Below, piece after piece: positions 47,428-57,733 of a stretch of 64,000 bases of DNA. Source of the DNA: Polyangiaceae bacterium (GTDB lineage: Bacteria > Myxococcota_A > Polyangia > Polyangiales > Polyangiaceae); the NCBI GenBank assembly GCA_965222375.1, contig CBDCTZ010000011.1, forward strand, positions 320,001 through 384,000. Direction: 5' to 3'. Each line of letters starts with the position of its first letter. Position 1 is the first letter of the stretch. Under the pieces are notes generated by a model, which was given only the letters and a program-made list of their open reading frames with translations, was not told the origin of the DNA and did not search any database. Both the position numbers and the translations under genes were made by a program.

Positions 47428-48432
47428 GTGCACCGCATCCTCTGTGTCGACGACGAGCCCGCGTCCCTACGGACCCTGCTGCGCAGCCTCTCGAGCCTGA
47501 GCGGGCTCCAAATCGACACCGCCCAGAGCCCCGAAGAAGCTCGCGCTCTCGCAGCTGCGCACGAATACTCCGTGATTCTGACGGACTACAACATGCCCAC
47601 GGGCACCGGAGTCGAGTTGCTCGAATCCCTGGCGGCGCAGGGTTGTCGGGCTCTGCCCCTGCTGGTGACCGGGCAGACGGATATGGAGACCGCTCTGGCA
47701 GCGGTGAATCGGGGGCACATCCACGGGCTGATCCACAAACCCTGGCGAGCGCCGGAACTGACCCTGATGGTCCAGCGCGCCTGCGAGCGCTACGAGCTCA
47801 ACGAGCAGCTGCGTCGCAAGGTTCTCGAGCTCGAGCAAGCCAACGCGGATCTGCGCGCGCGCAACGCCGCGCTGGAGGCTGCCCAGGCGTCGATTCGCCA
47901 GTTGACGGAAGTGGCCGCCACCGATGACAAGACGGGTGCCCGCACCCATCGCTTCTTCACGGAGCGGTTGTCGGAGGAGCTGGCCCGCGCCAAGCGCTAC
48001 GAGCGCCCTCTCGCGTTGATGTTGCTGGATCTGGATGGCTTCAAGGACGTGAACGATGCTCACGGCCATGTCGTTGGCGACAGCGTATTGCGGGGAGTGG
48101 CAGACGTCGTCAAGGGCAGCATTCGCGTGATGGACGTCTTCGCTCGTTACGGCGGTGACGAGTTCGCGGTGATCTTGCCGGACACGGCGACGGAGGGAGC
48201 CGCGTGTCTAGGGGGTCGCCTGTGTGATCGCGTGCGGGAGACGCCCTTGGAGCCCGTGGGTGCCGGCGACATCACCTTGTCTCTAGGTGTCGCTGCGTTG
48301 CCCGAGCTACACGCTGGCAATGCGACGGAGTTGCTCGAGCAAGCCGACCGCGCGCTGTACCAGGCGAAGACCACGGGTAAGGATCGCGTCGTCGTGGCCG
48401 AGTCGTCCACGCCGCCCGGGCCCGCGGCTTAG
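47428..48432 (+). CDS. Response regulator diguanylate cyclase (REC-GGDEF)
   Basis: CVDDE, ILTDYNMP, KPW. RVMD I-site followed by RYGGDEF. Confidence 0.95.
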   Translation: MHRILCVDDEPASLRTLLRSLSSLSGLQIDTAQSPEEARALAAAHEYSVILTDYNMPTGTGVELLESLAAQGCRALPLLVTGQTDMETALAAVNRGHIHGLIHKPWRAPELTLMVQRACERYELNEQLRRKVLELEQANADLRARNAALEAAQASIRQLTEVAATDDKTGARTHRFFTERLSEELARAKRYERPLALMLLDLDGFKDVNDAHGHVVGDSVLRGVADVVKGSIRVMDVFARYGGDEFAVILPDTATEGAACLGGRLCDRVRETPLEPVGAGDITLSLGVAALPELHAGNATELLEQADRALYQAKTTGKDRVVVAESSTPPGPAA

Positions 48433-48443
48433 GAACGACGAGC

Positions 48444-50345
48444 TTAGTCGCAGCGGTTGGCGGCGTGCACGGACCGTGCGCGCACATGTTTGATGCGCCC
48501 CGCTGCCATTCGCAACAGGAGGACGTACGGCTTTTGGCCACAGCTCAGAGCCAGGCTGCTGCTTTTTTTGCCATCTCCGCTGACGGCTTCACCCAGCGCG
48601 CACTGGGCGGGAAGCGCGCTGACGCTGGAGTGAAGCTGGGCGCAATCCAGTACGGATCCCGCGGCCTGCTTGCACTTGGGCAGACTCCACCTGGATCGCA
48701 AGCCAAGGGCAGCGCGCAGCGCTTTCATCACAGCTGGCGGCGGCGGGTAGACGGAGGTGGAATGAACGCGATCGAAGCGCGGGTCCGATGCACTAGCGAA
48801 GGCCATCTGGAAGCGCCGCCTGCCTCTCTCGCAGTTGGCAAACCAAGCGGCGTCGGTGGGAGTGTGCACGTCGATAGTGCGTTCGAACTTGCAGCGCCCG
48901 TGATGGTCCGCCTGCCATTTCATCCATGTTCGAAAGGTGGCCTCGGGCACCAGTCCCTGGAAAGCATCCGTGAAGGTGGTCGCGTAGCGACGGGCGTCGT
49001 AGTTCTCGAAGAGCTCCGTGACTGCCTTGGCACGCTTCAGGAACAGCGGCGCCACCCGATGCTCACGTTTGGCAAGGCCGCCGCTATCGAGCAGCAGTTT
49101 CAGCGCGTCCTTGGCCACGGCATTCATGCCCATGGGGTAGCTGCCCAAGGCGACGACGCCGACGCCGCGGGAGGGCAGCATTGCCACCACGCTCGCGTAG
49201 CCCTCCATGGCGCCGTCTTTGATCACGAGCTGGTCGAAGTTGCAGTCACTGTGCACCCACCAGCCCATGGCCGCGCCGGATGCGAACACGCTCGGTGGCG
49301 ACTGCTCGCGAAGCCAGGCATCGTAGAACTGCTCCGAGCGATAGCTCTCGCGCACCGCCGCGCGGGACACGGGCCCCGGATCTGGGTCGCTGCGAGGAGG
49401 CATCGCGCCGAGTCCGAACGCCACGAAGCGCGCGAGGTCGGCGACGCTCGAATACATCCCACCCGAGCCTTCGCTGGCACCCAGGTGCCAGTGGGAGACG
49501 GGCGCGGGACTGTCGCCGTGCTTCGCATAGGCCTTTGCCAGATTTCCTGTTGCCACAGCGCTTACGTCCCAGGTGCTCGCATTCATCGACAGCGGGCGCA
49601 GAAGCTCGCGGGTCACGAAGTCGCGAAACCGCGCGCCAGCAACTCGACCCACCAAGATCCCAAGTAGACCGAAGCCGAGGTTCGAGTAGCGGACTGCGGT
49701 TCCCGGCACGTAGGCGAGGGGAAAGCCATCCACGGAGCGCAGCACTTCTTGCTCCGTGACGCCCCGGTCCGTGCGCGTGTCGTCGAACTTGCCGATGTTC
49801 GGCAACCCCGAGGAGTGGGTCATGAGCTGCCGCACGGTCAAAGGCGGTGCGTCCCGGGTCGGATACACCAGTTTGCGCAACTCGGGCAGATAGTCGTGCG
49901 CTGCTGCGTCGAGGCGGAGCTTGCCCTGATCGACGAGCCTGAGCGCGGCCAGCGAGGTGATCGCCTTCGTGACGGACCCGATGCGAAACACCGTGTGCTC
50001 GTCGACGGCGCCACCCTTGGCCAAGTCACGCACGCCGTAGCCCTTGGCCAGCGCGAGCTTGCCGTCGATCACGATGCCGAAGGCGAAGGCTGGACGCCCT
50101 GACGCTTTGAAGTGTTTGGCGAAGCGTTGCTCGACGGCGGGGAAAGCGCTCTTCAGCAGTGCGCGGCGATTGGGGTCTTGAAACGACGGCACCGGCCCCT
50201 GAGTGAAGCGGGGCTGCTGTGGTGGTGGAGTCGCGGTTGCCTCCACTCTCGTGGCCGGAGCTGGACCGCTCGCTTGGGGTACCGGCCGCGGCGCGCAACT
50301 CAGAGCGGCTACGCCCAGCCAAGACCAAACTGCGCGCGTTGTCAT
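48444..50345 (-). CDS. Serine hydrolase, beta-lactamase/AmpC-like family lipoprotein with C-terminal extension
   Basis: FRIGSVTK (SxxK), LMTHSSG, YSN, KDG. Lipobox ALSC. Confidence 0.9.
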   Translation of the reverse strand: MTTRAVWSWLGVAALSCAPRPVPQASGPAPATRVEATATPPPQQPRFTQGPVPSFQDPNRRALLKSAFPAVEQRFAKHFKASGRPAFAFGIVIDGKLALAKGYGVRDLAKGGAVDEHTVFRIGSVTKAITSLAALRLVDQGKLRLDAAAHDYLPELRKLVYPTRDAPPLTVRQLMTHSSGLPNIGKFDDTRTDRGVTEQEVLRSVDGFPLAYVPGTAVRYSNLGFGLLGILVGRVAGARFRDFVTRELLRPLSMNASTWDVSAVATGNLAKAYAKHGDSPAPVSHWHLGASEGSGGMYSSVADLARFVAFGLGAMPPRSDPDPGPVSRAAVRESYRSEQFYDAWLREQSPPSVFASGAAMGWWVHSDCNFDQLVIKDGAMEGYASVVAMLPSRGVGVVALGSYPMGMNAVAKDALKLLLDSGGLAKREHRVAPLFLKRAKAVTELFENYDARRYATTFTDAFQGLVPEATFRTWMKWQADHHGRCKFERTIDVHTPTDAAWFANCERGRRRFQMAFASASDPRFDRVHSTSVYPPPPAVMKALRAALGLRSRWSLPKCKQAAGSVLDCAQLHSSVSALPAQCALGEAVSGDGKKSSSLALSCGQKPYVLLLRMAAGRIKHVRARSVHAANRCD

Positions 50346-50376
50346 GGGTAACGAAAGCATATCAAGCCATGTCATT

Positions 50377-50449
50377 GGTGGGTTGGGTCGACGCGCTTCG
50401 TGACACCCGAAGGGGTGAGCGCGTTGCCGGCGTTGGGCCACTAATCTCG
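50377..50449 (-). repeat. REP-like dispersed repeat, family A copy 5 (long form)
   Basis: Minus strand CGAGATTAGTGGCCCAACGCCGG...CACCCCTTCGGGTGTCACGAAGCGCGTCGACCCAACC. Confidence 0.7.
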
Positions 50450-50544
50450 CCCTAGGCCCCGCGAGGTCGCTGGCGATCAACTGCCCCGCTCAGGCCTGTG
50501 CGGCGCGTCTTGGCAAGCACGAGATCGACGGCTACCATCGCGGC

Positions 50545-51410
50545 ATGCGGATGGGGCGCGCAGTGTTTTTCGTCTGCGGCACCGCGTCGCTTTCCAGCTT
50601 CGCTCAGGCGCCGCCGGAACCGCCAGCGGAGAAGACCCAACCAACTTCAGGCGCGGGCCCGGAGGCTCCGCCACCTGCCCCGAAGATCCCAAGTTGACGA
50701 AGGCTCGGGAAGCGTTTTCGGCGGGCGTAGAACTCGTCAAGAAAGCCAATTGGTCCGGTGCGCTCGAAGCGTTCGAGCGCTCTGCCGCGATCCATCCGCA
50801 TGCCACGACCACGTTCAACATCGGCGTCGTCGAGCGCGCCATGGGGCGGTACACGAGATCCCGAGCCACTCTGAAGCGCGCTCTCGCTGAGAACGATCGC
50901 CATGCGGGACAGTTGGCGCCGAGTCTCGTCGCGGAGGCCCGTGGCTTCATCAAAGAGATCGACGGCATGCTGGTGCGACTGGCTGTCACTCTCACCCCCG
51001 CCGACGCGGCGATCGCCGTGGATGGCAGGCCTCTCGCCCTGGAGGGTGAAGAGCTCGTTGCGGGTCTCGCGGCCCCTGGGCCGGGCAAGCGCGCGCCCAG
51101 GGATCGTTTCACGGTGCTGATGAATCCGGGTGCTCACGTTTTCACGCTGAGTCGACGTGGTTTCGAAGACGTCGTGGTCAACAAGACCTTCGCACCGGGC
51201 GCCAAGGACACTCTGCCGCTGCGCCTGGAGCGCTTGCCTGCACGGCTGGACATCTCGACCAACGTGCCCGGCGCGATCATCACCGTTGCCGGACGAGACG
51301 TTGGCCCGGCACCCGCAGTCGTTACGCGCAGCGCCGGTAGCTATCGGGTCATCGTTTCCAACGACGGCTATGAAGACTACGAGGCGACCGTGGCGCTGCG
51401 CGCTGGTGCC
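50545..51410 (+). pseudogene. TPR plus PEGA domain protein, frameshifted near 50680 and 3'-truncated
   Basis: The signal/Pro-rich start at 50545 is out of frame with the TPR-PEGA ORF 50694. PEGA motifs PADAAIAVDG, NVPGAIITVAG, DGYEDY. No C-terminal membrane region. Confidence 0.7.
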
Positions 51411-52119
51411 TCGCGGAAGTGGTCCCGGATCTGCCAATGGAGGTCACGGACCTCGTGGGCTCCATGCTGCGCCCCGATCGCGGCGAGCGTCTGCCAGATC
51501 TGACGCCGGCCTTCGAACTGTTGCGCCGGCACGGCTCTGCTCAGGCCACGGTTCGTCCACCCGCCTTCGGCCCTCCCGTGGCGCCTGCCCTGACACCTGG
51601 CGCAAACACGCCATTGGATCCCTTGTCCCCAGACAGCGGCGATGCCCAAGCCGACAGTGCGAATGCTGGCATGGCATCGCGGCCGGAGACCAAGGATGGC
51701 TTCAGTCGAACCGGGTCGCCTCGTTTGCCGATGAAGCGCAACTGGGTGCCCCTGGCTTTGGCGGGCGCGGTGGTCGTGGGCGGTGTCGGCATTGGAGCCA
51801 TCGCGTTGCGCGGTTTCGGGGACGAAGAAGTGCCCACTCCAGATTCATCCGTGGAACTCACCAGCGGGAGCGAATCCGAGCTGTCGCCGGTCGTGTCCCC
51901 GCCCCAGGCGCCTCCACCCGCTGCACTTGCGCCAAGTACCGCAGACGCAGACGCCGGCGCGAAAGAGCCAGCGGTCAAGAAGCCCCGTCGCCCCGTGGCC
52001 GCAGCGAAGCCGCGGCCGAAGCCAGGCCCAAAGCCGCCCAGTTCGGCGGCACCGGCCCAACGCCCGCGCCGACAGAGACCAAGCTGCCGGGCAACGTCGT
52101 TGGCAAGGCGCCGTTTTGA
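51410..52119 (+). pseudogene. C-terminal remnant of a membrane Ser/Thr protein kinase
   Basis: LAEVVPDLPMEVTDLVGSMLRPDRGER resembles kinase subdomains X-XI, followed by a Pro linker, a TM helix and a Pro-rich tail. The last 20 or so aa lie in another frame. Confidence 0.65.
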
Positions 52120-52256
52120 CGCGAACCGGCACGCACGATGTGCGTCTGGGTTTTGGGGCCGCCCAGCCGGAAATCTCGCTGTGAATGCCGGCCAGGGAGG
52201 TTGGCTGTAGTGGCGGCCAACACGACCCTCGCGTATGCTTACGCCCGGTGAAATTC

Positions 52257-53921
52257 ATGAAGTTGCGCAACTACCCTCGCACGATCGGTGCGTTGCTTGG
52301 CCTGGGTCTGCTCGGCGCTGCGGTGCCTGCCGAAGCCGCTCCCAACTACCCACGCCTGTCTTGGTCAGGTGCCACTCAGTCGACCATGGCGGTGACGTGG
52401 AATACCACGGCGAACACCACCACCGAGGTCAAGCTGGGAACCAGCCCGGGCACCTACACCCAGACCGTGCCGGGCACGTCCTTTCAGGCCAACGCTGGCC
52501 TGGGCTACGTGCACGAGGTCGCGCTCACCGGACTGACGCCATCGACGAGCTACTACTATGTCGCGGGCAATGCTGCAGACGGCTACACGAAGGAAGCGAG
52601 TTTCAAGACCGGGCCGGCGGAGGATCAGAACTGCGGCTCGATGCGATTTGCGTTCTTAGCCGACAACCGCCCGGACCCCACCTTTGGTGGCGGCGAGAAT
52701 TGGCCGCAGATTCTGGGCCAGGCGGCTGCGCAGAAGCCCGACTTCACTCTTAACGGTGGCGACATGGTCATCGACGGAGACAACATTGGTCAGTGGTTGA
52801 AGTTCCTAGGTTGGACGTCGCTTGTGGCTAGCAGGATCCCGCTGATGCCCACCATCGGCAATCACGACAATGGCCCCGGTTCTGGTGCTACGGCGAACTA
52901 CAATCAGTTGTTCGCGCTGCCGTCTTCCACGGGTACGAACGGGAGCAATACCGAGGACTATTACTACTTCACCTACGGCAACGCGATCTTCGTGTCACTT
53001 TCCACCGAGACATTCACGGGTGGCTCGATCCCGTTCGCGACTCAAGCCGCGTGGCTGGACGGAGTTTTGACGAACAACCCCAAGAAGTGGAAGTTCGTTT
53101 TCTACCACAAGCCCACCTACACGACAGAAGCGCTGTTCAGCATCTCTCACGAGCCCAACGAGGAGAAACAGAACGCAGCGTTCGTTCCCATCCTCGACAA
53201 GCACCACGTGGACGTCGTGTTCGTGAGTCACAACCACTGGTACGAGCGATTCGAGCCCTCCAACTGCACCAAAGCTGGCAAGCCTGGCTCCGACAAGCCT
53301 TGCTCGGTCGGCGCGAACAACTTCGCCGGCGGCAGTGTGCACATTGTCAGCGGCGGTGCCGGCGCGTTCACGATCCCGGCATTCTTGTGCGGCTCGACGT
53401 CCGGGCGCGCGACCTGCTCTGGGGATCACCACTACATAATGGTGGACATCAACAACGAAAAGCTCAGCCTCAACACCTGGGGCGCTCACCCCCAACCGAA
53501 CAAGGTGATTGACGGCATCACCATCACCAAGACGCCCGACACGACTTGCGGAAGCGGTCTGGACGGTGGAGTTGGGGGAGCCGGTGGCCAAGACGGTGGC
53601 ACCGCAGGCACCGCTGGTACGGCGGGTGGCGGAGCCGGTACGGCGGGTGGCGGAGCTGGTACGGCTGGCACCGGCGCGACTGCTGGCAGCACCGGACTCG
53701 GCGGGCAGACGAGTGGCGGTGCCACCGGTTCGGATGCATCCGCGGGTGGCAGCACGTCCGCGGGTGGCAGCACGTCCACCGGTGGCAGCTCGAGCGGCGG
53801 CGCGAGTGAGGACGACGGTGGTTGTTCCTGCACGACTGTTGGCGCCGCGCGAACCTCGGGTCTTGGCGCACTGCTCTTGGTTGGCGTGGCGGGGTTGCTT
53901 CGCCGACGTCGGCGTCGCTGA
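52257..53921 (+). CDS. Secreted metallophosphoesterase (purple acid phosphatase-like N-terminal FN3 domain) with MYXO-CTERM
   Basis: HEVALTGLTPSTSYYY, GGDMV, GNHD, SHNHWYER. Tail GGCSC...TM...RRRRRR. Confidence 0.9.
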   Translation: MKLRNYPRTIGALLGLGLLGAAVPAEAAPNYPRLSWSGATQSTMAVTWNTTANTTTEVKLGTSPGTYTQTVPGTSFQANAGLGYVHEVALTGLTPSTSYYYVAGNAADGYTKEASFKTGPAEDQNCGSMRFAFLADNRPDPTFGGGENWPQILGQAAAQKPDFTLNGGDMVIDGDNIGQWLKFLGWTSLVASRIPLMPTIGNHDNGPGSGATANYNQLFALPSSTGTNGSNTEDYYYFTYGNAIFVSLSTETFTGGSIPFATQAAWLDGVLTNNPKKWKFVFYHKPTYTTEALFSISHEPNEEKQNAAFVPILDKHHVDVVFVSHNHWYERFEPSNCTKAGKPGSDKPCSVGANNFAGGSVHIVSGGAGAFTIPAFLCGSTSGRATCSGDHHYIMVDINNEKLSLNTWGAHPQPNKVIDGITITKTPDTTCGSGLDGGVGGAGGQDGGTAGTAGTAGGGAGTAGGGAGTAGTGATAGSTGLGGQTSGGATGSDASAGGSTSAGGSTSTGGSSSGGASEDDGGCSCTTVGAARTSGLGALLLVGVAGLLRRRRRR

Positions 53922-53926
53922 GAGCT

Positions 53927-54757
53927 TCAATCGCAGATCTGCAGCTCGGAGATCGACGTTTCGATGCGGAAGGTCGAAGCGGATGTTTGCCGTTCCGCGA
54001 AGAAGAAGTGTAGCGGGTGGGTCTCGCCCAGGGTGAGTCCAAGCTGAGTTGCTTGCGCATTCAAGTCCACGCTGGCGCTGGCGGCGCCATGCACGCCTCC
54101 CAGGTCGATTGCCAAACGGCGGTTGATGAAGACCCAGACGTCGTCATCGCCGGTGAAGGAAAAGGTCTCGCCGCCGAGGTATCGAAATGCCGTAGCAACT
54201 TCGAAAGTGAAGTGAAAGTTGTGCGGCCGCCCCTGGTTGCCGAAGAACTCGCCATCGATGGGGAAGAAGGTCTGATCGTCGAAAACGAAAAGGCCCGGCT
54301 GTTTGGTTGACGCCGTGAGCGGGATCTCGAGCTTCCGGGAGGCGTTCACCCCCGGCACGTCTCGGTACCACTGATCGAAATTCTGCTTTCCGTGAGTCGT
54401 CACGTGCGCGCCGGGCGCATAGACGGGTTTGTCGTCGGTGCCGAGGGTCGGGAGCACGATGCCGGGATCCTCGCTGATGATGCCGGACTCGAAGTCCGGG
54501 TGTGAGTCGCGGAAATCCCGAACAACGCCCGAGAGCTTTGGCGGCTTGGGCTTCGGGGCGGAGCAATTCTGCCAGAAGCCGTCGATGCACTGCTCCACCC
54601 CAGAGCCGCATACACTCTTGCACGGGCGTGTCGTCCCGGCGTCGGTGTCGCAGGGCCCAGTGGAGCCGGCGGGCGGAAAGGGGCCGCCGGGTTCAGTTCG
54701 TGAGCCGCACGACAGACTCAGTGCAGCAGCTGCGAGCAGCCAGCGCGACCGGGCCAC
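53927..54757 (-). CDS. Fibro-slime (PA14-related) domain lipoprotein
   Basis: RDFRDSHPDFE, FFPID, HNFHFT, FTGDDDVWVFIN, DLGGVH, FFAER. Confidence 0.92.
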   Translation of the reverse strand: MARSRWLLAAAALSLSCGSRTEPGGPFPPAGSTGPCDTDAGTTRPCKSVCGSGVEQCIDGFWQNCSAPKPKPPKLSGVVRDFRDSHPDFESGIISEDPGIVLPTLGTDDKPVYAPGAHVTTHGKQNFDQWYRDVPGVNASRKLEIPLTASTKQPGLFVFDDQTFFPIDGEFFGNQGRPHNFHFTFEVATAFRYLGGETFSFTGDDDVWVFINRRLAIDLGGVHGAASASVDLNAQATQLGLTLGETHPLHFFFAERQTSASTFRIETSISELQICD

Positions 54758-55384
54758 TCACTTCGCTTTCCGTTTGACGCCTACCTTGCCGCGCTCTGGG
54801 ATCACCAAGGAAAGGGTGAGGGAGGCATCCTTGTTTTTGACCTCCGCTTTCACCAGTTCCTTCTTCAAGGTCTCGATCAACTTGAAGGCCTTTTCACGGC
54901 GCAAGGCGATTCGGTACGACAAGAAGTCTCGCTTGCAGTCCCGGGCGGCGCCGCGGGTTACTTTTCCCCGCGTGGACGTGTCGGGCAGCGGGCTCTTTTC
55001 GCAATAGGCTTGGATCTCGTCGTCAGTGAGCTTGGCGTCCACCTCGGCCTTGATCTGGTTCTTCAGGGCCTTCGCTAGCAGAGCGTTCGTCTTCGCGACC
55101 AGCGCAGGGTCTTCGTGCATGCGGCGCCGCTTCGCCTCCTCGGCCTCGAGTAGCTCTGGCAGCAGCCTCCGCTCGATGTAGTTCTTGCGGACTTCTGCTG
55201 CAGTCGAGCCAAAGCTGTCACGCTCGAACTCGTGCAACTTTGCCAGGCGCTTCTGGAGTTCGGCGGCACGGACTTCGGTCTTGCCGACCCGAACGACCAC
55301 GGGATCCGCTGTGGGCTCAGCCGACTTCGCTGCGTTTGCCGGTAGCAAGAGGGCCGAAAACACGATCAGAGCGCCGCGTCGCAT
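54758..55384 (-). CDS. Exported SurA-N/PrsA-like chaperone lacking a parvulin domain
   Basis: Signal peptide, VVVRVGKTEVRAAEL, LTDDEIQAY. No recognisable PPIase motif. Confidence 0.55.
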   Translation of the reverse strand: MRRGALIVFSALLLPANAAKSAEPTADPVVVRVGKTEVRAAELQKRLAKLHEFERDSFGSTAAEVRKNYIERRLLPELLEAEEAKRRRMHEDPALVAKTNALLAKALKNQIKAEVDAKLTDDEIQAYCEKSPLPDTSTRGKVTRGAARDCKRDFLSYRIALRREKAFKLIETLKKELVKAEVKNKDASLTLSLVIPERGKVGVKRKAK

Positions 55385-55480
55385 CTCGGCCGAGGCTATC
55401 ACCGGGGCGCGTCACACGCCTACCGGGTTCACGCTTGGCGCCGGTTTTAACTTCATCGGCCCCGGCGGCATACTCCGTGT

Positions 55481-56197
55481 ATGTCCCAACCCATCCTCCA
55501 CCTCGCTCTGGCCAGCCTAATCGGTGGCGCTGTCGGCGGCGGCGCCGTCGGGCTCATGATGAAGCAGCCGTCCGGGTCCCCGAAGACCACGGCGTCCGCA
55601 GAGCCCAGCGCGCCCTCGGGTGAGGAAGGATCCACCGAGGAACCCAGCGACGACCCAAATGCCCGGGTGCGTGCCCTCGAGCGTGAGGTGGCAAAGCTCA
55701 AGCGCAAGAGCGCGGCAGCGCAGGCACTGGCGCAATACGCGAAAGGGATCTCCGCCGAGGAAGACGGCGGCGGCGCGGCGACGCCCTTCATTCATCCCGA
55801 GGACCCCGTATTCGAACTCTCAGTGCGCAGTGTTCTCGACAAGGTGGATCAAGAGCGCCGCGATGAGCGACAACAGCGCCGCACTGCGAGAGCCCAAGAG
55901 CGGGTGAAGCGCCAAACGGAGTTGCTCACCGAGCGGCTCAAGTTGACGCCGGACCAAGTTGCCGAGGTGGGGAAGATCTTGATGGATCGAGTGGAGCGCT
56001 TCCGAGCACTCCGGAACTTGGACGGCGGCGCACGACCCGTCACCCGGAGAGAGTGGAGGGAGCAAGCGCGCATCGTGCAAAAGAAGACGGATGAACAACT
56101 CGCCGAGGTGCTGGACGAAACCCAAATGAAGGGCTACCAGGCTTTCCAGGAGGAAGAGGGCTTCGGTCGTGGGCGCGGTCGTGGGCGCGGGCGCTAG
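55481..56197 (+). CDS. Membrane-anchored coiled-coil protein (Spy/CpxP-like LTxxQ motif)
   Basis: N-terminal TM, coiled coil, LKLTPDQ, VLDETQ, RG-rich tail. Confidence 0.6.
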   Translation: MSQPILHLALASLIGGAVGGGAVGLMMKQPSGSPKTTASAEPSAPSGEEGSTEEPSDDPNARVRALEREVAKLKRKSAAAQALAQYAKGISAEEDGGGAATPFIHPEDPVFELSVRSVLDKVDQERRDERQQRRTARAQERVKRQTELLTERLKLTPDQVAEVGKILMDRVERFRALRNLDGGARPVTRREWREQARIVQKKTDEQLAEVLDETQMKGYQAFQEEEGFGRGRGRGRGR

Positions 56198-57114
56198 CGC
56201 ACGATCACCGCGTAGCCTTTGCGCTTGATATCCCAGTGGAAGTGGTCGCGGTGTGCGGCATCGAAACTGGGAGAAAGCATGTGGTGAAAGAGCTTCGCGC
56301 GCGCCACATCACACACCACGTTGCGCAGACGCACAGCTTCGTCAGTGACTTCGTGCATCACGGCGGCGGGGCCACACACGGCTTCGCCGATCGTGGCTTG
56401 GAAGTCGCGCTCGACGCTCAGCCTGCGCCCGTCTCGTAGCGTGAAGCTCACGATGTCCGCCGCCAAGCCATAGTGGTGTTGACTCTTGACGCGTTTGCGA
56501 AGCCGCGACCACGGGCGGTAGAAGTTGCCCACGCTCATTGCGACGATGTCGTGCTTTGCTAGTAGCTTCGTCAGATCGTCGAGAACTAGTGCCAGGCGAC
56601 AGTCCAGCAGTCCCCACTTGCTGCTCCTTGGGGGAACCAGCATGCGCACGCCGTTGAGCTCTTTGGGCAGCCGCACCGCGTTGGCAATGCCCCGCACGTT
56701 ACCGCGGAGCCTCAGGACGGCTAGCTTACGTTTGCGCAGCTCCCCTCGACACGCCGCCGGGGAGAGTGTGGCGTAGCGCTTGGCCGGGGCAGATGCGGGC
56801 GTTGCCTTGGGTGGAAGCGGTTCATGAAACGGGTGTTGCTCTTGGGGCTTCTTGGGAGGCGGGTGTGTATGCTCCGCGAGTTCCTGGAGTTCGTGCTCCT
56901 CGTACTCTTCGTATTCGGTCTCCGCGTCGATCGTGCCTGGTGGTGGGTCGACCTCTCGTGCCGCTTCGCCTTGGGGGGCGTGGGGAGGCGGCGTTGCGGG
57001 CAAGACCTTGGGTGCAGGCGGTGGATGGCTCGGCGTGGAGGCGGTGTGGCCTGCGTTGCAAGCGACGCACGCTACTAGGATCCAGAAAAACCGCTTTCGC
57101 AACTCGACAGGCAC
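56194..57114 (-). CDS. Extensin-like C-terminal domain lipoprotein
   Basis: LDCRLAL, SQHHYGLAADI, LSPSFDAAHRDHFHWD. Lipobox CVAC. Confidence 0.85.
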   Translation of the reverse strand: MPVELRKRFFWILVACVACNAGHTASTPSHPPPAPKVLPATPPPHAPQGEAAREVDPPPGTIDAETEYEEYEEHELQELAEHTHPPPKKPQEQHPFHEPLPPKATPASAPAKRYATLSPAACRGELRKRKLAVLRLRGNVRGIANAVRLPKELNGVRMLVPPRSSKWGLLDCRLALVLDDLTKLLAKHDIVAMSVGNFYRPWSRLRKRVKSQHHYGLAADIVSFTLRDGRRLSVERDFQATIGEAVCGPAAVMHEVTDEAVRLRNVVCDVARAKLFHHMLSPSFDAAHRDHFHWDIKRKGYAVIVR

Positions 57115-57217
57115 GCTCGGCGATCCGCGAATAGCACGCGGCCTGCTATCGGCAAATTCTCGTGCGGGCCGGTGGTGCGGGTTTTCTTCGCTCAGCGCCT
57201 GCGTTACCAGCGCGTGC

Positions 57218-57733
57218 ATGGTCGACGTCCGCCAAATCGAGCGCCCGCATCCACGGCTACTCTGGCTCTACATCATGCGTTCTCTGGCGCTGCTCTGCCT
57301 CGGGCCGTGGTTCCTGATCGCCCTGCTGCCCTTCTACTTCAAGTACCAGACTCTGCGTTATCGCTTCGATGACGAAGGCGTGGCCATGAGCTGGGGCTTG
57401 ATTTGGCGCCGTGAGATCTACCTGACCTACGCGCGCATCCAGGACATTCATCTGTCGCGTGGCCTGTTCGAGCGTTGGCTTGGGCTGGCGACGATTCAGG
57501 TGCAGACCGCCTCCGGCAGCGCGGGTGCCGAGATGAGCATCGAGGGCATCGAGGAATTCGAAGAGGTGCGGGACTTCCTGTACACGCGAATGCGCGGCGC
57601 CAAAGGCGAACACGTTGCGACCTCGAAGACCGACAGCCCTGCTGGAGCGGCGGACCCGGTCGAAGAGCTGCTCGGCGAGATCCGCGATGAGGTTCGAGCG
57701 CTGCGCCAGGGACTCAGTCAGGGGGGGGCGTGA
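57218..57733 (+). CDS. Bacterial PH (bPH_2/YdbS-like) membrane protein
   Basis: YARIQDIHLSRGLFERWLGLATIQVQTASG. Confidence 0.85.
   Translation: MVDVRQIERPHPRLLWLYIMRSLALLCLGPWFLIALLPFYFKYQTLRYRFDDEGVAMSWGLIWRREIYLTYARIQDIHLSRGLFERWLGLATIQVQTASGSAGAEMSIEGIEEFEEVRDFLYTRMRGAKGEHVATSKTDSPAGAADPVEELLGEIRDEVRALRQGLSQGGA

Noticed and set aside
48444..50345. Antibiotic-resistance beta-lactamase
   Set aside because: SxxK/YxN serine hydrolases of this type are often peptidases or esterases. Substrate cannot be read from the sequence.
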